DNA of 64,000 nt, from the NCBI RefSeq assembly GCF_009914755.1, contig NC_060932.1. One strand, written 5' to 3'. Position 1 is the first letter of the stretch. The number at the start of each line of letters is the position of its first letter. The position numbers and the translations under genes were made by a program. The notes under the pieces were generated by a model, which was given only the letters and a program-made list of their open reading frames with translations, was not told the DNA's origin and ran no database searches. The stretch is from the human T2T-CHM13v2.0 reference genome, Homo sapiens. Positions 45,346 through 58,749 of this stretch are shown in pieces.

Positions 45346-48344
45346 TAAAAGTTTGTTACATGGCACTGAATTTTGAGACATGGCTTTTAAATTGATTTCT
45401 CCAAAATTTCTCATTTTTTATCCTGAAACAAAAACTATCATTCAAAAATATAAGTTAAGTTTTCTGAACCTTGACCTATGAGACAATAATTATGATATCT
45501 ACTTTCACTAAGTGAAAGTGAGAAAGAAATTTGAAAACTTAACACTGCAACAACTTGCCAGCATAATAAATACTTGTAATGGGTCAGTGAGTGAGTAAAC
45601 GTGTCCTGTAAATGCTATTACATTAAGGTTAGGCCACTACATTGTTTAGAAAACCATGTAGCAGCACTTATTAAGATTAGATCTAAACACATTACATAAC
45701 ATAGCTATGTCAATCGAGCCCTAGAATGTACAATATATTGTATATTGCTGTTGAAATCGATGTAACATCATTCCCTGATCATTTTCCATATTTTAATTTA
45801 TATTGCCTGTACTTCATTGATACATCTTTTATTCCTGCCATAACAAACTTCCTACTCATCCCAAATATGCCCCATGGATTTCTCCACCTGGTCTCAAGCC
45901 AGATGGTTCCATCTTCTCAGAATTCTCATCCACCAACCTGTGCAAAGCGTACCTATTTCTTCAAAGTCCTCTCACTCTTTTTAACTCCCATGATACTTTG
46001 CCTACTTCTCCAATAGCAATAACAGCACCACGATCATAATAGGCTTCCATTAGTTGGGTGTCAAACTTTGGGCTAAATGTTTTATGTTAATTTATAATCC
46101 AATCATCCCCTGAAATAGTACTGATAGTCTGTTGATATTTTTAACAGAAAAAGATAAAATAAAATAAACTAACAGTAACTATGGGAATTGGGCATTGTCC
46201 TCCCATTTTTAAATAAGAAAATGAAGTCTCCCGTTGACTAAGTAATACATAGATCTATCCTACACAATTAGGGCCTACAGAACTTGGGACTCAAAACCAC
46301 AGCTAGTATACAGTCCAACGCCCAAACTATCTTAGCTAGTAATTGACTACTGAAATTACGAACTTTCAGAATGATAGATCCAGACATCAAGCTGTCTCTG
46401 CTTGCAACATAATTGTGATTTCTCTGTTTACAGCTGGGGTACTAAGGCAGAGATTTATTTCAGTGCCTAGGCCATTGTCTCATTGTCTCATATCTTGTGT
46501 AACAGAGGAATCATAAAATTGGAGTCATGATTCCTCAATTTGCAGGTGTGTTAATGGTAGCACAGAGAGGTCAAGCAATGCCCTCAAGTTCACCCAGCTA
46601 ATGTTGGCAGGAAGCAAACTTAGAACCCACTGATTCTTGATACTTTTATGCCAGGCTCCCTCCACCACAAAAGCTACCTCCTTAAAGATCCACATGTTCA
46701 TGAGTCTTAGTAGGGATCCCTGCCCATTCATAACAAAGGGCTAATGAGGTCCCACTTTCCTTTTAAACTGCCCGTTATTTTTAGACTTGCTTTTGTTTCT
46801 GCTGTTTTGGATGCAGGCTTCTATTTATACCTCGAAATTTAATTTGAATATCTCATTCTCTGGGGAGTCTTATCAGATCATTTATGCCTCTATTTCGTTC
46901 CACAAACTGCCCCCAAGGGCCTACTATGTAGGAGGCAGTGGCCAACGTACTGGGGATTCAATGGTGAATAAAAAGTCATACTCCCTGTTCTTCAGAGCTT
47001 ATCTTTTGTAGTGGGGGAGAAGGGGAGTGCTCACATGCATCACACTGAAATGCAATTTCCAATTGTGGTAAATGCTATGGACAAAAAATATGGGTATCTT
47101 TAAAAGAGTATAACGGGGCATTGGATCTAGTTGATGAGGTCTGGGAAGGTTTCCTATTCCTTAGGTAAAATTAAGAAACCTGGCACTATTTGTACCTCTG
47201 CACTTACCCTCACTTCACTGTAATTTATTTGCCTACAGGCTATGAGTAACACAAGTACAGGACCATGTCCTATTCACACTTTGAGCCCATGTCCTATAAA
47301 ACTTGCATGGTATATGATAGGTGGTTAATAGCTCTCCCTTGAATTGGCTTTTATTATCATCACCATTATTGCTGCTATCCTTGTGGCTACCACCATTGTT
47401 GGAGAAAAAATGTGGGACGTGTCTGAATCCAAGCCCCATGTGACGAACTCTATTTTAACTGCACCTTCTTGGCACGTAAAGGAAGCAAACAACAATTTGT
47501 TGACGACAAAAGAAATGAGAAAGCTGACTAACTCCAACTGCTTCTCTGAAATGCTAATTTGTTTTCAGAGCCTCTTCTCTGGTTCCTTTATAGCAATTTT
47601 ACAAGCTTGTAGCAAGGACAGCTTTCTGTTAATGACTACTTGCAAATCCAATATGATGACTGTGTTTTGTCTTAAGCTGGGTTAAAACACTAGCTTACAA
47701 GTAGAACAGCAGAGGCAGAGATGTTGGCGGCCAGTCCAGAGCAGAGATCAAAGGCACTATCCTGACAACAGATATTTGCTCTTAGGTACTTTAAAAATTA
47801 GAACTATGTTTTTTTAACATCCAGAAAGCCCTTTTCAGAAACACTCTCCAACTACCATACTGGAGAAAGAAACTGACTGAGGCCTGAGAAGATAAATTCT
47901 AGGTCATACAGTCATACAGCAAGATAGGGTGAAAATGGGTTTTAGGCCCTATCTTTGTTGGTTTTGTTTTATGCAAAACTCTTTCTACTATGCCGAGTTT
48001 CTTTAATAGCATGCCAGAAGTATGAAATTTCAGCCAACGCAGCACTTTCTAGAGAAGGGCTATAGTGATTGCAAATTTAATGTAAATTTTTCCCATGGTA
48101 TTCCACGCCTTCACCACCTTCCCAGTTCTGTCTTCTCCTGATCCTTCAGGAAGCTTACTCTGCAACAAACGGCTGCTGCTTCATAAACACCTCACTGTGC
48201 CCATGCTGTTCCCACTTCCATCTGTATTGATAACAATAGTCACTACTGATCACCTGTTATGTGCCACACACCCAGTAAGATGCTTGGTATATGCTTCTTC
48301 CGAAGCTCAGAAGAACACTGCAAGGACAATTAGTATGTATTTTT

Positions 48345-48792
48345 AATATACATGCATAAAATCACCCTGAAACTCAGTGGCTTAAATTAATAATGATTTG
48401 TTTGCTCTCAATTCTATGGATCAGGAATTTAAGCAGAACTCAGATGGGCACCTCCACATCCAGCTTGGGAGCTCTCAGCTGAGGCTGGGATGTGCTTCTC
48501 TCAACATAACCTCTCTCTCCTGCTGGGCAGGTGCTGGCCTCCAAGAGGATACATTCCACAAGGTGACGGTGGAAGTTGTGAATCTCCTAAGGCTCAAACT
48601 TGGAAGGAAAACAGGATCACTTCTTCCACATTCTATTTTTTAAGCCAGGTGGCAGAGTTGGCCTGGGTTCGAGGACGGGGGTAAAAAGACCCTGCCTCCC
48701 AGTGGGGCTGTGATAAAGTCAACTTGTGAAAGAGCAACTGGGATAAGACAGGAAATATTATTACAGGCATCTTTGGGAATAAAATCTACCAG
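48345..48792 (-). mobile_element. MLT1-family LTR remnant
   Basis: 'aaatcaccctgaaactcagtggcttaaa...ttctatggatcaggaattt...atcacttcttccacattctatt'. Confidence 0.65.
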
Positions 48793-48809
48793 AATATAAT
48801 AATTACGAA

Positions 48810-49010
48810 ACTGTTCTTTGGAGTCAAACATTTCAGCTCTGCCATCAGCTGTATGTCCATGGATAGGTTATTTCACCTCTGAGCCTCAGTTTCCTCATCC
48901 CTAAAATGGGAATACCACCACGAAATTTCCCAAGGGAATAAATAATGTATAAAATGAGCTTAATATCATGCCCACACAGAGTAAGTCTCCATACAGTTTC
49001 TATTAATATA
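48810..49010 (+). mobile_element. MIR SINE
   Basis: 'cagctctgccatcagctgt...cacctctgagcctcagtttcctcatccctaaaatggga'. Confidence 0.8.
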
Positions 49011-49427
49011 ATTAATTATCTAAGGATACTTTTAAGAGTGAAAGCCTTATGAAATTTACATAGAGACAACAGGTATACACCAGAATTTATGTTCACCTCC
49101 AGCTAACATTATCATTAACCACTGAAAATGGGGAAAATCAAACTAAAATTGAAACTGAAAGAGATTAATTAGCTTACACACATTCACTAACTCACTCACA
49201 CTTACACACTAATGAAACTTCTCTTATGTGCTAGGAAAGAGAAAACATGCCCCTGCCATCTTGGGACTTGTATTCCAGTGACAGACAGACTGAACTACCA
49301 AACAAGTAAATAATTTCTCATAATATGCCTCTTAATTAAATGAATCAGGTTAAAGAAAGAGAGAATACATTAGTGGACATGGTTTCACCTGAAAGAACGA
49401 GATAATGCTGATTCAAATGGCTTAAAC

Positions 49428-49642
49428 CAGGGGTCCACAAACCAGCCCATAGGCCTAGTCTGACAACTGCTTTTGTAAATAAAGTTTTATTGGAACACAA
49501 CCACACCCATTTATTTACATATACTTTATGGCTGCTTTCATGTGACAATTGCATCTTCAAGTACTTCCAACAGATCACATGGCCTGCAAAGCTTAAAATA
49601 TTTCCTATCTAGCCTTTAACAGAAAACTTTTTCCAATCCCTG
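49428..49642. mobile_element. MER58A-like hAT element
   Basis: Termini caggggtc / tccctg, core 'ttttgtaaataaagttttattggaacaca'; degenerate 8-bp TSD gcttaaac/ttttaaac. Confidence 0.85.
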
Positions 49643-51228
49643 TTTTAAACAATAGAGAAATGTATTATCCCCCATAAATGAAGATTTTGAGGAAGACAAT
49701 ATCATGTCCTGAATCACTGCTGTCACGTGGGACTCAGGATCCTCGCATCTTTCCATTCTGTGGCCTTCAGGCTACAGCTTCATGCAAGGCTGGGTCCCTT
49801 TAGGTTTGCAAGATGGAATACAGATACTCCAGACTCAGATTGACAGAGAGTCAAGAAGAGAAGAGAGCATCCTCCAGAGGAAAGGCCACTCCTAAGAATG
49901 CCTCTCTTGGGAGGAAAACAAAATCATTCCCAGAGGCACCCAAAGATAACCAACAATACCAGACTTCATCAGCCAGAAGTGTGTCATGTGTCCTCCCCTA
50001 AACCAGCCACTGGGCAGGGAAGGAGACCAGCACAACTGGCTAATACCCATCAGAACGATCCCTGGGGATGGGTGTAGGCTCCTTCTCCCCTAAATTGTGT
50101 TGAGGAGGGATACATGTATAAACAAAGTTGGCACAAAAGAGGAGAGACTACTGGACCCCAACAGTGTCTGATATGAAAGTGATTGTAGTCAGCATAAAGG
50201 TAAAATGTTCCTTTATAAAACGTGTTCAGAGAAGGAATCTCACAGGATATGATGCCTGAATGTAGCCCTGAATGATAAGAATGAACAGGCCTTAGGTTCT
50301 GTGAAAGAGCTTCCCAGATAGAGGGACTTGCTGGTAAGGAGCAAGAGTGGTATTCAAATTCCTACACTTTGGATCCAAAGCTTGCATGGTCTCCACTACT
50401 CCAAGCTGTCTGCTGAAACTGCACCTGTTCCCAAACAACAGTCTCTAATATCATGGTCTTCTGTGCAGTCTTTGACCATGTCCTGCAAACCAGGTGTGTC
50501 ATCTTACCCATCTTGGTACTTTTCTCCTTCTGCTTGATATATAGAGAGAGTTATACAGGTTATTTTGCCCTAAGCAGGTTATCCACATCCCTAAAATAGG
50601 GATAGCATCCGTAGCATCAGGTACCTCCCATCTAATCATCACTAACAGAAGAGGGCAAAATCTAACTGGTAGATATTTTGCTCTTTCATCTTCTATTAGC
50701 ATAGGAACTCCTTAAGGTCAATGACCATAGCTGGTTCCGATACACATGTACCATGACATCTAACACAGAGTGAACACACAGTACATTCTTGATGAATATA
50801 CATCAAATTAGACACAGTAGTATAGATCCATGGCTCAGCTTGATTCAATTTGTTGGGGGGTGACGGGGCCCCAGAAAACCTTAATGTTTGTAAAACAGTC
50901 CAGGTACCCAACCAAAAGGCACACAGGAAGGAATGACAATGGAACATTGTCCATCCAAAATCTGTTCCCAGAGGACTGACGGGGAAAATACAAAGTCAGA
51001 CAGAACAATGAGGCAAGAGGCAGGAGAGCAGTCCACTGTATACAGATAGCAAAGGGTAGAGGACACATGTGGAAGGCCTAGAAAGTCATAATAAAATTAG
51101 ATCTGACTTTTTCCAGCAATGAAGAGTCACTGAAAAGAAAACAAGATTTACTGATTACTTGTTATATTTCAGGAACTGTGTAAGGTATTTTATATATATC
51201 TTTAATCTTCATTTAAAAAGATTATTAA

Positions 51229-51514
51229 GGCCGGGCACGGTGGCTCATGCCTGTAAATCCCAGCACTTTGGGAGGCCGAGAAGGGCAGATCACTTGAGGT
51301 CAGGAGTTCAAGACCAGCCTGACCAACATGGTGAAACCCCGTCTCTATTAAAAAAACAAAAATTAGCCAGATGTGGTAGTACATGCCTGTAGTCCCAGCT
51401 ACTCAGGAGGCTGAGGCAAGAGGATTAATTGAACCCGGACAGCAGAGGTTGCAGTGAGCAGAGATCATGCCACTGCCCTCCCAGCCTGGATGACAGAGCA
51501 AGATTCTGTCTCAA

Positions 51515-51549
<35 letters not shown>

Positions 51550-51558
51550 AATAATTTT
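51229..51558 (+). mobile_element. Alu (AluS-type) with (TAAA)n tail
   Basis: Full dimer; TSD aaaagattattaa (51216-51228) / aaaagagtattaa (51559-51571); inserted in a MIR-like host. Confidence 0.96.
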
Positions 51559-53007
51559 AAAAGAGTATTAAATAAATGTAATCTCTATTTCATAGTTGAT
51601 GAAATTCATGCTCAGGAAGATCAGGTGGCTGAAGCTCACATGGTGAGATGATAAATCTAGGATTCTACCCAAATCTCTTTGATGTTCAAGTTTATGACTT
51701 GTTTTCTTAGCCACATAGTTGACTTCTGACCAATGATTTAAGAAGCTCAACCCAGTAAGAAGAGAGAATGGGTTTGCTGGAGAGGGAGAGAAATCAGAGG
51801 TTGGGACATTAGTTAAAACCCGTGGCAATAGCCCAGGACAGAGAGGGTGAAGTCTGGCTCTGAGTATCATTATCAGAAATCAACCATACATAGAAACCAA
51901 GTGGATGAAGAGAAGGGAGCAGCTGCAGAAGACACAAACGCATCCACCTTAGGGAGATGGGTTCTGGGAAAACAAGCATTTCTGCTTATGCCACTATTAC
52001 TAAATAAAAGCAGCATTGATATTGCCCTTGGGATTCTTGCTCTAACTCTGGGCACACATTCTAAGCTTAGACAAGCTTTAGTCACAAGGACAAAATATTA
52101 TTAGTTTAGCTGTGTTTTAGCTCCAGCTTTCTCTATGAATCATGTGTGCATGAATCATAATCACCACTCTTCATATTTTAGAAGCAGATGTATAATTTTT
52201 CTTACCCAAGAAAAAAATCAATTGCTGTCTAAATATGAATCTAATGTTGTTTCTGAATCTCTTTGATTTATTCAATTCTGAGCTTTCATATTCTTTGGGA
52301 GTGAGAATAATCAGGAAAGCTTACAAGAAGGTGACAAGGTGACACACACTGAGCATTTGCTCTGTCCATGACTGCTCTCCACTTTTCAAAGTCAAGGTGG
52401 GTGTAAGTGTTCCCATTATTTTATAGATGAGGAACCTAAGGCTCATATAAGCAATTTATTGGCTTGGGGTCACACAGCTAGTAAGCATCACAAGGTAGGA
52501 TTTCAATTAAAGAGTGTCAGACACCAAATTATATGCTTCCAATGACCCTTCCCCAGCTTACCTAGCTACAGTGTAAAAATATGGTATTAGGCCAACTGAC
52601 TGCATGTCACAGTTCTCTTTGGAGATGACATTCAAAGCTCTTCCCAAGACGGCCTTGTCATTTGTTGTTTACTGTCATCTTAGGACACTGCATTAACAGT
52701 GGAAAGCTACTTACCTCTGAATATGTTCACTGTCTATGAAATGGGGATACCAATCCCACCAGCCTCTTACAGTTGACATGAAGCACACGGTTCAAGTAGG
52801 TGGGGGTACATGCCAGTATTGTGTCACTAATAACAGTGACACCAGTCAGATTGGACACCTCTCAGCTCCAGGACATGATCATGTAATTCCCTGAGCAGTT
52901 CTACCCTCCTGCTACTGAATACAAGTTTCCTCTGGCACATTACCTGCTCCACTATCAGACAATGTACATATTTTCAATCTTGCAAGTGTGGCTGAAGCCA
53001 CACGCCA

Positions 53008-53306
53008 GCCAGGCGCGGTGGCTCGCGCCTGTAATCCCAGCACTTTGGGAGGCCGAGGCGGGTGGATCACGAGGTCAGGAGTTTATGGCCAAGATGGTGA
53101 AACCTCATCTCTACTAAAAATACAAAAAATTAGCCAGACGTCGTGGCAGGCGCCTGTAATCCCAGCTATTTGGGAGGCTGAGGCAGAGAATTACTTGAAC
53201 CCGGGAGGCAGAGGTTGCAGTGAGCCAAGATAGCTCCATTGCACTACAGCCTGGGTGACAGAGTAAGACTCCATCTCAAAAAAATAAAAAGAAAAAGAAA
53301 AAAAAA
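53008..53306 (+). mobile_element. Alu (AluSg-like) with a small left-arm deletion
   Basis: 'gatcacgaggtcaggagtt..tggccaagatggtg'; TSD gaagccacacgcca (52994-53007) / gaagccacatgcca (53307-53320). Confidence 0.96.
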
Positions 53307-55241
53307 GAAGCCACATGCCAAACTCCATGATGATGCCTCAATGCACCTCATCTCATTGATGCCCCTAACCAATGGTGAAGCTTGGAGTGTTATCCTCAGG
53401 TTACTGATGAGAAAGCTGAAGTTCTGAATGTTGACATGTCCACAGGTGTACTGCTTTATGATGCAGTAGCCTTGCTGTATTTAAATGCAATAAGACTACT
53501 AGTGTATTGAATTACATTACTTATTAGAATGCAATAATATTACTTTTATTATTTATCAAATACAATAGCAATATCTATAAGTAGTTATGTATAGTTTTAG
53601 AACAGTTTTTGTATTTTCAATTATATTATCTCATCAGGCCTCAATATTCTCTAAAATTTAGGTCTACAATAAATATTTCTAAAAAAAACACATACAAATG
53701 AATCAAAACACATATTTGAAGGTCACAACTTGCCCTCTGGTCTGCTCTCAAAATTGTCTTTCTAAATTGCAGATTTTATCCTATCACCCCTTTGTTTAAG
53801 GGGTGACTTAAGCAAAGGAGGGGAGACTTCAAATCTGATTTATCAATAGAACTGAAGTAAGCAATTCCAATCATGATTCAAGACTGGGGATCTGGATTTA
53901 GCAGATATTTCAAAACCACCTTGTTCTCCTTGTCTTTTTGATCAGGGCTATTTCAGCTTTCTACCATCCTGCCCTTCCTGACCTTCAGACTATACTATCT
54001 GTGACAGCCTATGTGCTCCATTGGGTCTCATGTTATGATAACAGTGTCGTAAAAGAGGTGGAGAGGTGGAGACCAGATCCTTCACTTTTACTCACTGTGA
54101 AATACAGGGAATATGCAATTTAATGCTTATCTTACATGTGATAACTGGGCATTGGGAAGGGCAAACAAGCGGCTAAGCAAATGCTAAAACGATGAGAGAA
54201 CCCGGATCTGCAAGAGATGTTCTCTGGGAAGAACTCGGTAAGATCAATGGATATAAATTGCTGAAAAAAATCACACTTATATGGTTACTTCTTCCATTTA
54301 TCTGGAAAATACCCCTGAGCATTTTTTTTTATGCAATGCATAGCGGCACTGTGATATGAGAGGGTGACAATCATATGATGTGGAAAGGTGGCTCACTCTA
54401 CAGAAATATTTGTAGAAATGTATTCATTCACACTGGGCAGCAGGAATCAAAGTGTCTGCTTGTTTTGCCAGTGAACACCAGGTCCTGAGTCCAGCCTTCT
54501 GTGAACTGCAATGACAGGCTAGTCTGTGTTCCCAGAGACCTCCTCCCACAATCAAAGACTCTAAGGCATCAGTTTGCAACCATGTGTTCACGTTGAACAG
54601 AAAATCTTTACACAGCATGTCAACATAGGTGGGCATATTTGATTCTGACTGATTTAGCCATCAAGTCTGATTAGAATGTGACTTTCCAAACAGTGTGAGC
54701 ATAGCAGGAAGAGGTCTTGAAGTTAAATGAGCTGGTAACATTTTATAAGGGCCATGCAACCTTCAGCAAATCCTTTAAGATTTCTGAGTCTTAATTTCTT
54801 GTTCTGTACAATGGAGATGAGAACCTGCCACATAGAGCTGTTGTAGAATAAAATTTATTGACATATTTACTATAGTATCTTCTCATATTCTGAGAGGTTG
54901 GAGATTTCCTTGCCTTTGTCCCTTGGACCTTGGAGTGCTGCAGATCAATACTGATAAACAGGATGGCATAAATAAGGAGAATAAAGTCCAAATGCTGTGG
55001 CTTGTTTTTAAGGCACCCTGTGCTCTGACCTCCTCCAACGGTGTTACTTCATCTCCTCTCACTGCCATTACTGAACTCCCATTTCAAGTCAGCAGCTTCT
55101 CTTAATGACAGGAATGTGTTATATTCCTCAGGGGTTTAGAAATAGAGAAGAATAAAGTAATAACGTTTGGTAATGATATTGGTAGAGAAGAAGAATATAG
55201 ACACAGCAATCAAACAAACATGGGTTAAAACCCTAGCTCTG

Positions 55242-55621
55242 TGATATAGTTAGGCTTTGTGTCCCTACCCAAAACTCATCTTGAATTATAATCCCCATAA
55301 TCCCCACCTGTCATGGAAGGAACCTGGTGGGAGGTAATTGGATCATGGGGGCAGTTACTCTCATGCTGTTCTTGTGGTAATGAGTGAGTTCTCATGGGAT
55401 CTGATGGTTTTATAAGGGGCTCTTCCCCCTTCACTCGATACCTCTCCTTCCTGCCGCCTTGTGAAGAAGGTGCCTTGTTTCTCCTTCCCCTTATGTCATG
55501 ATTGTAAGCTTCCTGAGGCCTCCCCAGCCATGCTGAACTGTGAATCAATTAAACTTATTTTCTTTATAAATTACCCCGTCTCAGGCAGTTCTTCATAGCA
55601 GTGTGAATATGGACTAATACA
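55242..55621 (+). mobile_element. MSTA-like MaLR solo LTR inserted in a MIR
   Basis: TG...CA termini ('tgatatagttaggctttgtgtccctaccca' to 'ggactaataca'); TSD ctctg (55237-55241, 55622-55626). Confidence 0.94.
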
Positions 55622-55979
55622 CTCTGCCATTTCCTAGCTGCAGGACCCGTGACAAGTGGCTCAGCTGCTTTCAAACTGAGTGTCCAGGGCTGTAAAGTGA
55701 GGATAAATCCTATCTTACAGCAGCATAAAGTGAAGATAAGACTTATTTCACAGTGGCATTGTGAGAACACAACACACTACCACAAACCCAGTGCCAGGCA
55801 TAATGCATGGCTTACTGCAGCCATTCAGTAAATAGTAGCACAAATATTCTTATTAAGAATACCAGAATTCAGGAATCACTACATTATTGTCATTATAATT
55901 CCGAAGGGCAATGAAATTTGGTAGCATGGTTGATGTGCTAATGCTGAAATCACCTGTTCTCAGAACATCTCTATTTGAT

Positions 55980-56172
55980 TAGTCAAAGAACTTATTTGTG
56001 CTTCAATTCGCTCACCTGTAAAAACACCCGAGAGTACAAAAACAGTCACCTTCTTTGTCTGGGAAACCTGCTCATTTTAATTAACCTAAAAGGTTTCTAG
56101 CAATTCATGTTTGTAAAGCACTTTGACATCCTAAGAATAAGAGGCAATTTAAATGCAAAGTTTTATTATAAC
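55980..56172 (+). mobile_element. Ancient amniote MIR-like SINE (MIR1_Amn-type 3' tail)
   Basis: 'atgtttgtaaagcactttgacatcctaagaataagaggc...aaatgcaaagttttattat' resembles the recalled MIR1_Amn 3' end. Confidence 0.5.
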
Positions 56173-56463
56173 AGCTTTTTTTAAATAATTATTACTCAAG
56201 GGGCTCTCAAGCGAGAAGGAGCTCCTATAATTTCACACCTCTTATCTAAGAGAAGGTGCCGGGTGGCTATTGAAGAGCCATGTCTCAAGTACTCCATGAG
56301 AGTTCCTGGAACTCTCCTTCCTTAGCAAAAATAATGTGGGGCAGAATCAAAAAATATAATAAAGGGTAGTAGAAAGAGTGATAATATGAGTGTCTTCAAA
56401 TACCAGCTAAATCTTGATTGCTGCTACATCTACAAATCAAATTTGAATTGCACTTCTGAGCTC

Positions 56464-56950
56464 TATCAAAGAAAAAAACAGAGCTAGGCAGTAGTTAAAG
56501 TGGTAGAAACAGACTCTATTCTGGATTATTGAAACAGGAGAAAAGATGCTTCAATATAAAACTGGGTTCAATTTTGAATACAGCACAAGCAAGGGGAAAT
56601 ATATAACCAAGGAACAAGAGAGGGATCAGAGGATGGAAAACAACTAAGAGAAAACCTCAGAAGTAAAAGGATTCTGGCAAAACCCACTGAACTGGATTCT
56701 TGCCAAAGACAGGCCAGGATGATCAGACATCACCTGAGGATGATGCCTGGCACAGTAGTCCCAACCAGATACTGGACCAGCCATTTAATAATATGTAGCA
56801 AGGACTAAAACCAGGTTTCCTGGGGACTGCATTTTACTCCTTAGCATTTCCTGTCTTTCAATGGGATGATCTTCTTGACCTAAAATTGCCATGGCAACCT
56901 TGTGGGTGGGGTGGAAGAGGTCACTATACAAACAGGTTATCAGTGACAGA
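56464..56950 (-). mobile_element. MER31/MER67-family ERV1 LTR remnant
   Basis: 'tcaaagaaaaaaacagagctagg...', 'ggattctggcaaaacc..actggattcttgc..ggccaggatgatcagacatc'; right boundary uncertain. Confidence 0.55.
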
Positions 56951-58749
56951 TGTGGCTTCTGTTCCATAACTGGTACCTAAAAAAACAAGTGGGTCATCAC
57001 ATTAGCTTGACTCAGGACATCTCTCACCAGGCTATTAGCCTTTAGAAAACACAGAGCTCAATTAACTTTCATGGAAATTGGATTATTTCCTGCCCATTTG
57101 AAGGCCTTCATTTATCCACCAGGAGCTGTACAAGGCAAAGTTTCTGGTGTGTATATCCCTGAAAATCTTTGAGGAGGCTCCAGTACAAAGATAATATTCT
57201 TCTAGGTTACAAAGAACCTGCATGTAAATTACCAATTATCATTTCATAATGGCCCTGTGTGGTCAATATGAGAGAATCATAGCACATAGGACAATAAATG
57301 ACGTTCAAGATTAAGCAGCTAATCACATATGTCATCATTAGGTATGAATTCAGACCTGCCTGATCCCAAATCCCATTCTCATTCCACTACACCATGTGAC
57401 CTCAGTAGTCCTCATGGGTTACAAACACCAGTCTCATCTTCAAACTCCAAGGTAAAGCTTCATAGGCCGACCTCATAACATCAGAGGAGGACATTTCCTA
57501 GGGGGAGGGAACATGTCATGTTGGGTTTCCCTTTGACTGGAGTAGTCAAGGGATACTCCAGTCTCTGTGAATGGGGATGAAGCATTAACATTAACAGAAA
57601 GGGAAAGAACTTTCTACTGTAGTGCCAGAACTTTCCACTGTTACTGTGTGCCAGAAGCTCTCCCAGGTGCTTCACAGCTGCTCTCTAATTTAATCCTAAC
57701 CCCTCTGCTAGGGATGTATTATTGTGTCCCATGTTACAACTGAAGAAATTCGTGCTTAGAAAGTTTGACTGTCCAATGTTGAAATGTGAGCAGAAAAGGC
57801 AGACCTGAAATTTGGAACCAGTTATTGGCTACAGGGCTTTGTAAACTTTGGCCAAGCACTTTCCATCACTCCAGGTACTTCTAAAGTAATTCAATAGACA
57901 ACTGAAGCAGTCATGGTTCCTGGGATGCCAACACTAATCCTGGCTTACCTGTGCAAGAATGGACCCACTGGAGAACTGGAGTGCAGGTGCGAGGATCATA
58001 GGGAAGATAGTGTGATGAACAAGGCTAAGAACTAAGAGCTATCAGGGTGTTCTTGCCAGTCTCATCAGTGAGAACTTGACAAGCTCACCAGGTTCCCACC
58101 ACTGGGCTGCAGGAACTATAATGTTTTCTTTTGTGTTGACTCATCTCAGTTAAGACTTAAAGTTCCAGGTGAGAGGTAGCTTCCTGGCCATATTAAGGTC
58201 ATCGCCCCAGCTTTTGGCTATGCTCTTGCAAATAAATGTCTCAGGAACCCTTAAGCCACCCCAGAAGAAGGCATATTTCTGGGGTTACTTTCAACCAAGA
58301 GCATACATTCAAGAGACAATTCATCTAGAGGAATGTCTGGGTGCTATTAGGAGGGAGAAATGGGTGCAAGATAGTGACAAATATCTAGGACAAAAGTAAA
58401 ATATGGGCTTTATATTTAACAGATAATACATACAAAAGTCCAAAAAAGGTAAAATTAGAATTTAAATATTTATAATAATGCACATGAAAGTACTAACTGC
58501 ATTGTCTAAATCATATCTAATAAAATCACCATCACCGTCATCACCAAAATCATCATCATTGCTATCATTACAAGATAACATAAATCAGTTCCAGAGCCAG
58601 ACCACAAACCTAGGTTACTGGACACCTTACCCAATACTTTTTTGACATGAGATATTTTAGAGGTGTCTCTCACAGAGTATAGATGGGAAACATCTTTAGA
58701 AAGGCAAGATCAATTTAAAATCTATCACATTTCTGAGATATACTCATAC

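Noticed and set aside
57940-58040. Possible - strand exon ending CAG|GTAAGC (similar donor near 17925)
   Set aside because: The acceptor is weak, the translation is unrecognisable, and isolated donor consensus sites are common.
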